Assembly (NCBI RefSeq): GCF_001412615.1
Contig: NZ_CP013011.1
Location: 480,001 to 512,000 of the forward strand
Length of the DNA stretch: 32,000 bases
Reading direction: 5' to 3'
DNA from: Pyrodictium delaneyi
GTDB taxonomy: Archaea; Thermoproteota; Thermoprotei_A; Sulfolobales; Pyrodictiaceae
Position 1 is the first letter of the stretch, and each line of letters begins with the position of its first letter. The notes under the pieces were generated by a model that searched no databases, was not told where the DNA came from, and saw only the letters and a program-made list of their open reading frames with translations. A program made the position numbers and the translations under genes. This document shows positions 8,472-16,932 of this stretch, piece after piece.

Positions 8472-11400
8472 CTAACGACTATGCCGTTTTACTGCTATTA
8501 TTCTGACTACGGCAATATATACGGCACCAAGGGCCATAATTATTGGACCTATCCATACTAGGCGTATTCCCGGAATTATCTTAACCTGTACATGCAAGCC
8601 CTCCTTTACTATGGTCGAGTTTGTCTGACCGAAGTTCTCGGCTAGAAGGTAGAGGTCTACAAGAGTGGCCTCTACTTGTTGCCGTTCATCAACTGATAAG
8701 CTACCATCATTGAGCACGTCAACATTATACCCTGCAGCCATTAGTGCTGCTAGTGCAAGCCGCTTCTCTGGAGGCAAATGCTTAAAGGCTTCATGAAGGT
8801 AATAGACTAGTAGTTCATGATAGGCGACCCTGCCACCTATATAACCTTCTACTACTGGAGGGCTAACTACGACGTAGACATCATCCAGTCCAAGCCCTAT
8901 AGGTATAACTTTCGATACGAGACCATGTATACCTTGTATCTCACCATAAGCTTCGAAGCGTATCCTAACGTTAACGGTCTTGGACCAGTCTCCGTGTTCT
9001 ATCTTTAATCTTACTTCGAGCCACGCTGTCTCCGGTACCAGTCGCGGTGCGTCGACATAGCCGAAACAGCCATGCTGGCTTTTGAGGCACGTCGGGGATT
9101 CTACTAGCCTGTCTATTGCTGTTGAGTTTACGAGCAGTTGATATAGAGATGACTGCTCTATGCTCTGGAACATCTTCTGGGTTGTAGGGTTTAGCGATGC
9201 TATTAGGTAAGCTGCTACTGCTGGTGAAAGCTGTGATGGCACCTTTACTTTGCCAGCTTCTGGGGACTTTATGTATCCGTATACATAGAGAGCCGCGTTG
9301 CTACCAGTAATGGTGCTATTGTTTACTATGAAAGGAGCGCCTTTACCTGCTAGGAGTAACGCCTCCGGTAGGAGGCCTATACGTTCTGCTATCACTTCTA
9401 CGTCTCCTAGCCTTAGTCTTAGGGGTGTAGTGAACCGCATCTCTATGTATTTGTGGAATCCTATCTTGTCTTGTTCGATCGGAATAACAGCCGGCAGTTC
9501 TACCGTCAGGTTTGCTGCCCCTACAAGTAAGTCCACACTTATGACGCCTGTATTGGGATCCATGTTTAAGTCTAGTCTGAGCAGCGCTTTATCTAGTATT
9601 ATTTTTACTTGCTGATTTCTGGCCAGTATCATGGTGCCGTTGTTTTCAAGATCATATAGAGTTACTGTAGCATTGCCGGTCGCTATTACAGTTGTGTTCA
9701 GATCTATTGGACTATTTTTGGCCACCTTGAATAACCACTCTACAGTCTTATTACTATTGAACAATTCTTTGCCTTGGTTGTAGAGCTTTATAAACTCAGC
9801 TAAGTCGTTTTTAAGGAAGTTGAGCACATTCCATGCTAGGACATATGTGCTACTCCTACCGACATAGTTAGTGTATATATCCACAGTGGAGTTACTTATA
9901 CCGTAACTGAAATCTTCAAATGTTAATTTCGCACCACTAGGTAAACTTATGGAGTCGCCGGGCTTAAGCTCATAATACCAGGTGTACTTATCGTTAAACG
10001 CATAAGTGCCGCTGAGAATTACACCCAGCACAGTTACGGCTAAACCTAGATGCAGTAGCGATACAGCAGTAAGTCTATCGGCTACGATGAGTACTGAACG
10101 ACTACGCCACAACCTATACGCTATGTAGACCAGTGTGGATGCAGCTGCTATGACCGCCCACGGTACACCAAAGGCCATCAGCGCGTTGGTCTCGGGTGGA
10201 CTAAGAGGAGCCAGGATGTAAACGCCTTTATAAGCTGCTAAAGCGAACACTGTGGACACTATTGTTGTTGTTAGGAGTAGTGCTGTGTATCCTTTCCATC
10301 CTAGTTTGTCTCCTGTGAATGCTAGCGGGATTGCTGCTAGCATCGCTACTAGTAGCGGGTAGAGTACGGGGTGGAAGTAGCGTACACCACTCTGCATCTG
10401 AGGAACACTAGCCTCAACGCCAACAGCGCTGAGTATCGAAGGCAGAAAGAGAGTACCATATACGAATATAGCCGATAACAGGAGCGCCATCCCCGCAATA
10501 AACAAGCCCATTTTGTATAAATTCCGCTCCCGCAGCGTCCTAGCAGTCTCAGAAACTATTTTCTCACCATTACGGGCTAGCACATACACACCATAGACTA
10601 GCGGTGTCACACCAGCACTAAGGAGAAGCAGAGCACCAATACCAGGAGCTGCGAAACTATGTAGTGGACTAAGCCCTGTCCTAGTAACATACATGGCTAT
10701 AAACACTGAACTAAGCAGCCATGCAGCGTTATATCTAACAAAACTGGGAACAACAACCATAAAATGCGGCAATGTAGTAGCTACTAGCCATACCATTAGT
10801 TCGCTTGTCTCTACGGGGTCCCATGCCCAGTAGCCTCCCCAGCCGAAGGTCTCGTAGCTCCAGTAGCCGCCAATCATGATGCCGAGGGTTAGGAGAGCCC
10901 AGCCAAGCTCGTAGACGACGAGACTCCGGCGCTTCTCGCCAGTAAGCATAGCTGCAGCCGCTACCGCGAGTAGCGCGTAGCCGCCGAAGGTACTGAGGGG
11001 GTGCGGGTAGAGCCACGGACTCTTAAGCAGCGGGTTAAGCCCAGCACCGCTAGCCGGGCGTTCTGGTAGCAGAGCGAATGCTCCATTTAGAAAGGCTCCA
11101 GCTAGAGCTGCTAGGACCAAGGAGCCTAGTATTGCTTGGAATAGGCGACTCCGGTGAATCCGGAGTAGATAGAGACCTGCTGCCGATGCTATCACAGCGA
11201 AGAGGTATAGACTACCGCCACCCCCGGCCCACGCTGATGCTATTCGCATCGAGAGTGGGAGCCCGGGACTTGTATTCCAGAAAGCCTCACGGAGACTATA
11301 ATCCAGAGTCACAAAGGGGATCACATATACAAACCAGCCCGCTACAGCCACAGCGAGTCCATAGCGTAGTAGGCGCTCTCTACTTCTCCCCGCTACTGCT

Positions 11401-11495
11401 GATGCAACACTAGCTGCTACTAGTAGACCCGCCACGAGTGGAGCTATGCCTGTGTAATGTATGGGCAGAGCCAAGACCATCAATCCTCCATCCAT
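8472..11495 (-). CDS. ccmF: cytochrome c haem lyase subunit CcmF with a greatly expanded extracytoplasmic domain
   Basis: WWD motif WGGYWAWDPVETSE and an N-terminal polytopic region of about 500 aa. This is followed by about 450 aa of non-membrane sequence rich in NxS/T sequons and one terminal TM. Total length is 1007 aa. Confidence 0.9.
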   Translation of the reverse strand: MDGGLMVLALPIHYTGIAPLVAGLLVAASVASAVAGRSRERLLRYGLAVAVAGWFVYVIPFVTLDYSLREAFWNTSPGLPLSMRIASAWAGGGGSLYLFAVIASAAGLYLLRIHRSRLFQAILGSLVLAALAGAFLNGAFALLPERPASGAGLNPLLKSPWLYPHPLSTFGGYALLAVAAAAMLTGEKRRSLVVYELGWALLTLGIMIGGYWSYETFGWGGYWAWDPVETSELMVWLVATTLPHFMVVVPSFVRYNAAWLLSSVFIAMYVTRTGLSPLHSFAAPGIGALLLLSAGVTPLVYGVYVLARNGEKIVSETARTLRERNLYKMGLFIAGMALLLSAIFVYGTLFLPSILSAVGVEASVPQMQSGVRYFHPVLYPLLVAMLAAIPLAFTGDKLGWKGYTALLLTTTIVSTVFALAAYKGVYILAPLSPPETNALMAFGVPWAVIAAASTLVYIAYRLWRSRSVLIVADRLTAVSLLHLGLAVTVLGVILSGTYAFNDKYTWYYELKPGDSISLPSGAKLTFEDFSYGISNSTVDIYTNYVGRSSTYVLAWNVLNFLKNDLAEFIKLYNQGKELFNSNKTVEWLFKVAKNSPIDLNTTVIATGNATVTLYDLENNGTMILARNQQVKIILDKALLRLDLNMDPNTGVISVDLLVGAANLTVELPAVIPIEQDKIGFHKYIEMRFTTPLRLRLGDVEVIAERIGLLPEALLLAGKGAPFIVNNSTITGSNAALYVYGYIKSPEAGKVKVPSQLSPAVAAYLIASLNPTTQKMFQSIEQSSLYQLLVNSTAIDRLVESPTCLKSQHGCFGYVDAPRLVPETAWLEVRLKIEHGDWSKTVNVRIRFEAYGEIQGIHGLVSKVIPIGLGLDDVYVVVSPPVVEGYIGGRVAYHELLVYYLHEAFKHLPPEKRLALAALMAAGYNVDVLNDGSLSVDERQQVEATLVDLYLLAENFGQTNSTIVKEGLHVQVKIIPGIRLVWIGPIIMALGAVYIAVVRIIAVKRHSR

Positions 11496-11530
11496 TTAAC
11501 GCCACAATTTATCGCTACATAGCCTAGACG

Positions 11531-13090
11531 CTAGACGAGTTGAAGTGTATATAAAAGCAAGTACACACCCGCAACAACTAATACAAAGCCACCAATCCGC
11601 TGAAGTAATGTATAACGCCCCATCACCTTGTTTACTATGCTACTACCAAGCCGGCTCGCAGCATAGACTGCGAAAGCTAGTGGAACACTCACACCAAGGG
11701 CAAAGCTGACTGCCACAGCTATACTTGATACCAAGCTTCCTACTCCTACTACCAGTAGTAATGCTCCGGCCACCAACGGCAAACTGCATTGAACCGCTAA
11801 GAAACCATAAACGGCACAAAAGCCGACAAGACCACCACGCTTGATACCAACAACACCTTCTAGCTCTATGGGTATACCGAGAAGACTAGCAACACCTGCA
11901 GCAACTATTGCCGTCGCAACCGCTGGAAGGAGTATACTCTGGAGCGATGATGCAAGGCTAGAAGCAAGGACAAACAACAGTCCTATGGCTATGACGCCGG
12001 TAAAGGCCGCAATACCACATACTATACAGCTGGACGCGGAAATTTTTCTGCCAGAAGTTCCTGCTGCGCTTACATATGCCACCAGTAGAGGGAAAACACA
12101 CGGAGAAAATGTAGCTATAATACCGGCTACTAGCGCTGCTACGACGCCAACTAGGCTAGTACTTATTGCCCCACCGACGTCCAGAGCAGTATCGCCGTTA
12201 CCAGAATTCTGCTGAACACTAGCCGCAAGAGTAACATTAGTCAACGCCGCTATCGCTGGCGGCTCTCTATCCTCAAGCACCGCTGAAACATAGTCGAGAA
12301 GGTAGGCTAATCTGTCTATCTCATAAGATGATAGGTCTGGGACATATTTCCTCATAGACTTGACTGTATCGGATATTCCTCCATAGCTCCCATAGAGCTC
12401 GCGTAGTGTCATATTCTTCTCTAGAGCCTCGTTTAGTCTCCTCGCTAGGAGATCAGCCCTGGTATCGCGGGACTCGAGCCATGCCTGCAGCGAAGCTTTA
12501 TCCAGCCCACCTATCTTGCCATGACAAGCAGAGCAGCGGCTGTTAAAGATGCGCAGCCCTTCTTCTGCTAGCTTTTGGGGGTCAGACACACTGCTTAAAC
12601 CTACAGAGAACAATGCCCAGTTAAGCATTGTATCGGTAACATTCTCACCACCGAATGGACCTACGTGTCTTGCTACAGGCTCACCATCGACGAATACTAT
12701 GAATGTTGGCGTCTCCGTCACATGATATTTTCTAAAAGCCTCTTCAGTTGAAGGACCATAGACTATATGGAAGAAGCTGATAGGGAGGCTGTCGCTTCGA
12801 TACTCCAGCATAGCCCAGTAAGGGTGCATCTGCTTACACGTAGGACACGTAGGAGACTCAAACATTATTGCTATAGGCTTTTTTGAATCAAGTATCTTCT
12901 CTAACATAGCCGAGCTTGATATAGCGTATTCGTCGACCCTCATGTAGTAAGTAGCCAAATTTTGCTCCCAAGTGAAGAGGATAGTCGAGAATAACACTCC
13001 GACTACTAGTAACGCCACCAGCAGTACTCCAGCCCTCTTGGTCTTTTGGAAGCCATGGATGTCTAAGCGCATTCTACTAGAGTTCTGCAT
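11531..13090 (-). CDS. fusion protein: TM anchor + thioredoxin-like (CcmG/ResA-like) + cytochrome c-like CxxCH domain + CcdA/DsbD-type thiol transporter
   Basis: CPTC at residues 82-85 with a cis-Pro TPTF. EEGLRIFNSRCSACHG at residues 176-191. C-terminal polytopic domain with FSPCVFPL and AVQCSLPL, the CcdA signature cysteines. Confidence 0.8.
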   Translation of the reverse strand: MQNSSRMRLDIHGFQKTKRAGVLLVALLVVGVLFSTILFTWEQNLATYYMRVDEYAISSSAMLEKILDSKKPIAIMFESPTCPTCKQMHPYWAMLEYRSDSLPISFFHIVYGPSTEEAFRKYHVTETPTFIVFVDGEPVARHVGPFGGENVTDTMLNWALFSVGLSSVSDPQKLAEEGLRIFNSRCSACHGKIGGLDKASLQAWLESRDTRADLLARRLNEALEKNMTLRELYGSYGGISDTVKSMRKYVPDLSSYEIDRLAYLLDYVSAVLEDREPPAIAALTNVTLAASVQQNSGNGDTALDVGGAISTSLVGVVAALVAGIIATFSPCVFPLLVAYVSAAGTSGRKISASSCIVCGIAAFTGVIAIGLLFVLASSLASSLQSILLPAVATAIVAAGVASLLGIPIELEGVVGIKRGGLVGFCAVYGFLAVQCSLPLVAGALLLVVGVGSLVSSIAVAVSFALGVSVPLAFAVYAASRLGSSIVNKVMGRYTLLQRIGGFVLVVAGVYLLLYTLQLV

Positions 13091-13207
13091 GATGCCGCAC
13101 CAACATATCCTCGCAGCTCCATCCTCTATGCCTCTATCACGCCTGTATTAGAGCGGTTATCAATTATCCTATAATTATGTGTTCAGATAAATGTTCGGCA
13201 ACCAACT

Positions 13208-13221
13208 TCAACAGCTGTTGA
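13208..13221. repeat. perfect 14-bp palindrome TCAACAGCTGTTGA in the ccmB / Trx-CcdA intergenic region
   Basis: Read directly from the sequence. It lies 13 nt past the ccmB stop in a 143-nt intergenic region, and an AT-rich tract (ATAATTATAGG on the minus strand) follows. Confidence 0.5.
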
Positions 13222-13233
13222 TGTAATGTACAA

Positions 13234-13905
13234 TTACACAGCCTCCAGGATATAGCGAGAAAGCCAAACAGTCACCCCAGTAAATGCCAGGGCCGCTAAG
13301 ACAAGCCATACAACCTCTAACACCCCTATATTACCACCCAGAAGTGCAGCCACTATGCTAGGTGCTGCGGACTGCACATAGGGAAGCACGAGGACAAGCA
13401 CCATTACGGGCATCAATACTGCACGGGCCTCACTAAACACTAATATAGCTGAAGTAAAGCTAGATACAGCTGCAAGATACATACTTGACACAATAATCAA
13501 CATAAGTACTACTGGACTAAACATAACCCCTATTTGGGCAAAGAAGCCCAACGACATTATAAAGACAAGTGCTTGCATTGTTATAACTGCAAAACTATAG
13601 ACAAACTTTGCAAGGAATATAACCTCTGCACCTACTGGAGCCAATCGGAGTCCATCAAGTGTACCGCGATCAGCTTCTCTGACAAAGCTAGAAAGACTTC
13701 CAAATACGGCAAGGAATATGAGAACAAGAACGAGAGAAACACTGGCAGCAGCAGCATTTACTCCAGCAACACCTTTCATAACATATGCTGTGAGGACACC
13801 GGCAGCTAACGAGAATACTAGCATGGACCCCGCTTCAACTCTACGACGCAGATCTAGCAAGATATCTCTGCGTACAATAGCCGCTATTGCCCTTATACCG
13901 CTCAT
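13234..13905 (-). CDS. ccmB: haem exporter membrane subunit CcmB
   Basis: About 224-aa, six-TM hydrophobic protein in ccm context. ATG 13905 is preceded by GGGGGAGGT. The ORF-track start at 13989 adds 28 unlikely residues. Confidence 0.8.
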   Translation of the reverse strand: MSGIRAIAAIVRRDILLDLRRRVEAGSMLVFSLAAGVLTAYVMKGVAGVNAAAASVSLVLVLIFLAVFGSLSSFVREADRGTLDGLRLAPVGAEVIFLAKFVYSFAVITMQALVFIMSLGFFAQIGVMFSPVVLMLIIVSSMYLAAVSSFTSAILVFSEARAVLMPVMVLVLVLPYVQSAAPSIVAALLGGNIGVLEVVWLVLAALAFTGVTVWLSRYILEAV

Positions 13906-14101
13906 GACCTCCCCCAATCTTCCAGCGTCTCTAAGCCCCTTAATCACTACGCCTCGAGATCGCCAAAAAGCCAGCCAAATTACGAACACACTACACCATT
14001 ACACATAAAGACTGATAATCAATACTAGGACCAAGGACTAACATGTTACACCGAAGACGCGCTACCAAGAGAGTCAAAAAGGCTAAGAAGGATGATAAGT
14101 C

Positions 14102-15052
14102 CTAGGTTACAGTTGCCTCAGCAGCCTCCTCGATTCCAGCCCCAGTTTTAGCACGTTCCTCTACACGATGCCTAGAGCTGAGACGTTCCTCCACAATACT
14201 TGTTTGCCGATTACCATACAATGCCCTTCCAACTATGTAGTGTGGCAGCTCGTGACGCACAAATGCGTCAATTATCTTAGCTTCAGCCCTACGAAGGAGT
14301 TCTGCAAGAGTTGATACCGAGAGCCCTAGTTTTGATGCAAGTCCTTTTAGACTGATCCGGCGCGGAAAGCTATAGTAGCCCATGAGATAAGCATAGATTA
14401 TAGCAAGCTCCTGCTTCTCAGTAAGCATATAATCATACTCATCTATACCATGGCTGTGAATAGGCTTACAACCCCAACGGCGTAGTTCTTCATAAGTACT
14501 ACCACGAGCTACAATGAATTCATAGAGGGCCCCCATCGGAGTTACTACTACAGATTTAGCCATTGAACCAAGTGGTGTAGATATAAGCGGACACTTATTA
14601 CAAGGCGTAGATAATAAGCATCTATGGCATTTACTTTTCGGTATAATAATACGCACAACCTTATTGAATTTGTTCGAATACACTTGCTGGAAGTAAATCT
14701 CCTTAGCTAAGCGTAGTTGTTTATCAAAATTATCTACGAGAACTTTGTCACCACTGACTCTAACCCAAATTTCCGTATAATTATCGTCATATAAGTTGAC
14801 TCTTAGAATACGCAGAGCTAGCCTCGTTGCTCCATCCCCGCCTAAAATACCATCGACACTCATCTTGGAGCCATCATTCCCATGCAGACGTCGCACATTA
14901 GACGAAACATAGGCAGCCTTAACTACATCGTAAAGCGGACAATCCAATTCACGTAGACAGTATACCACAGATGATTTGTGAGACAAGTTATACACCCCAA
15001 AGAGGAACCGCCATAGTAATACACCACCACACTCCGGCGTAGGTGGTGTCAA
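14102..15052 (-). CDS. HTH_10 (bacterio-opsin activator-type) transcriptional regulator with a CxxC-x5-CxxC motif
   Basis: C-terminal LTEKQELAIIYAYLMGYYSFPRRISLKGLASKLGLSVSTLAELLRRAEAKII matches the Bat-type HTH. Central KCHRCLLSTPCNKCP at 14591-14629. The longest ORF starts with TTG and the true start is uncertain (ATG at residue 64 is possible). Confidence 0.6.
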   Translation of the reverse strand: MTPPTPECGGVLLWRFLFGVYNLSHKSSVVYCLRELDCPLYDVVKAAYVSSNVRRLHGNDGSKMSVDGILGGDGATRLALRILRVNLYDDNYTEIWVRVSGDKVLVDNFDKQLRLAKEIYFQQVYSNKFNKVVRIIIPKSKCHRCLLSTPCNKCPLISTPLGSMAKSVVVTPMGALYEFIVARGSTYEELRRWGCKPIHSHGIDEYDYMLTEKQELAIIYAYLMGYYSFPRRISLKGLASKLGLSVSTLAELLRRAEAKIIDAFVRHELPHYIVGRALYGNRQTSIVEERLSSRHRVEERAKTGAGIEEAAEATVT

Positions 15053-15158
15053 ACTTCTGTTAAAAATTCTACCCCGATGAATAGTTGTAAAATGAAAATA
15101 TCATAAAACTCTACAACATACAATCACTACGCAATAATACAGAAAAATGTTTTATTTT

Positions 15159-16742
15159 TTAAGTTATATATCGTTTACTAACAATCACTATACTAAACAT
15201 CGCGCCGAAACCTAAGCCAATTAGAAACCATAATATTTGCTCATAACGATCTGCTATTAGTTGCGCATTCCCATAAGAACCAGAAGAATTAATATCTTTT
15301 ATAGCTATTTGTTTAATTCTTGACTTATTTAAATATATATCTGACTTACCATGCTGTGCAACACCATTTTCTGGAAATTCTTTATTTTCTATGCCGGCTG
15401 TTACATTTAACTTTCCATGTTGTTGCACTGTGTAATTGACAAGCTCTCTAGAAGGACATCCAGTTAAGTTAGTCATAGTCTTCATATCTACGCTAAGACT
15501 ACTTATATCTATTAAAGGCCATGTACTACTTTTAGTGCTAGCTGCTATAAGCACACGACCAACCAGAGCTTCTAGAGTCTCTCTACAAGGAGATTGTAAT
15601 TCTTCAACCATCATTTTTATAACGTCCAACAAGCTTATAGAATCCTTAAGTCCAGTCGTAATTGATAGGTTGTATAACCTCCTTACAGTATCAATATAAA
15701 CATCTCTATCACAGGCCTGTATACCTGCATACCATAATGCAGCATTAACTCGCATCCAAACACTGTATTGTTCATCTACATCCAACATGTCATTAAGATA
15801 ATTAACAGCTAGTCTATACAAGCGGGGATTATTATCGTGGAGAGCTTTCATAGCCAGAAACTCTGCAGCCGCTTCCTGAAAGCTAAAATCACCATACAAC
15901 ATACCATGGTTAAACCATCCATGTGATGTCTCGTGCGCCGCCGTATGGACAAGCCAAGGAAGTATATCCTCAGCATATGAGCTTAATTTCATGTATACTA
16001 TACTGCCCATGCTATGCGCTGTATTTGGTGGCAGAAAGCTATGTTCTTCTGGTCCTACAATCACGAGAACGCAAGGCGAGCGTGGACTCGGACCAAGCCA
16101 TTTAGTTAAGGTGGAGCGCACTATTAGTAAGCTTTCCACGGCATACTTGACAACATTTTCTGGTATATTGCGCTGCATAATCACAGTCAAGTTTTCTTCT
16201 ATATAGTCATTAATATCATATATTCTTCTGTTGGCCAAGACTATTCCGTCAAATATGTAGTATCTGGCGAAAGATTCGAGATCCACTCTGTAAGGGCCCC
16301 CGGCTGGCCCGTAGCTGCGCCAGTCCATACTACTTCTAACCATATAGTTATCAGGAACATGTATCGTTATAAGTAGAGTTTTGTTTCCACTACTGCCAGC
16401 AAGGATCTGTATCTCAGAGATAATTTGCGGACATACTTTATCCAGTACATAGTAGAGGGGGGCCACTATAAGATCGCGAGATACACTCCTAGTTTGTAAA
16501 TAATACACGTTAGGGCCTAGTAAACCAGAACAGTTTATGCTGGAATCATGCCCCTCTAATGTTATAGAAACGCGCCAGACATCGCTGCTTACGGGCTCTT
16601 TAAATACTATTATAAGGTTATATTGCTGAACTGTATCCGTCTTATCGGTGAGATTGGATACTCCAGCTATAGCAATGGAACTCGTAAGAATAATAATTGC
16701 CGCAAAACTTGTCACAGTATAGCATAGCCAACACGAAGCCAT
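15159..16742 (-). CDS. membrane-anchored extracellular gluzincin (peptidase M1-like) protein
   Basis: HETSHGWFNH...FQEAAAEF resembles the M1 HExxH-x18-E region (HELAHQWFGN...WLNEGFA). No clear GxMEN motif. N-terminal signal/TM and a C-terminal TM ending KRYIT. Many NxS/T sequons. The gene is markedly AT-rich. Confidence 0.55.
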   Translation of the reverse strand: MASCWLCYTVTSFAAIIILTSSIAIAGVSNLTDKTDTVQQYNLIIVFKEPVSSDVWRVSITLEGHDSSINCSGLLGPNVYYLQTRSVSRDLIVAPLYYVLDKVCPQIISEIQILAGSSGNKTLLITIHVPDNYMVRSSMDWRSYGPAGGPYRVDLESFARYYIFDGIVLANRRIYDINDYIEENLTVIMQRNIPENVVKYAVESLLIVRSTLTKWLGPSPRSPCVLVIVGPEEHSFLPPNTAHSMGSIVYMKLSSYAEDILPWLVHTAAHETSHGWFNHGMLYGDFSFQEAAAEFLAMKALHDNNPRLYRLAVNYLNDMLDVDEQYSVWMRVNAALWYAGIQACDRDVYIDTVRRLYNLSITTGLKDSISLLDVIKMMVEELQSPCRETLEALVGRVLIAASTKSSTWPLIDISSLSVDMKTMTNLTGCPSRELVNYTVQQHGKLNVTAGIENKEFPENGVAQHGKSDIYLNKSRIKQIAIKDINSSGSYGNAQLIADRYEQILWFLIGLGFGAMFSIVIVSKRYIT

Positions 16743-16883
16743 GTTTTGCCAGCCTCTTTAGAGCCTAGTCTAACCTCTGTTGTCACTCGAATATGGTATC
16801 AAATACTTCAGCAGGAGTAGAGGCCGTTCACAGGCAAAATTAACCATACATGCAAGGATTGGTTATGGTAAACACTCTTAGGT

Positions 16884-16889
16884 AAAAAA
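16884..16889 (-). terminator. oligo-T (T6) tract after the octahaem cytochrome gene
   Basis: Plus-strand AAAAAA at 16884-16889 gives CTATTTTTTACC on the minus strand, about 45 nt past the stop at 16933. It sits inside a CTTAGG...CCTAAG inverted repeat. Confidence 0.35.
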
Positions 16890-16932
16890 TAGTTAGGCTT
16901 GAAATTGACCCTAAGTGTTAAGCTCACAACTA

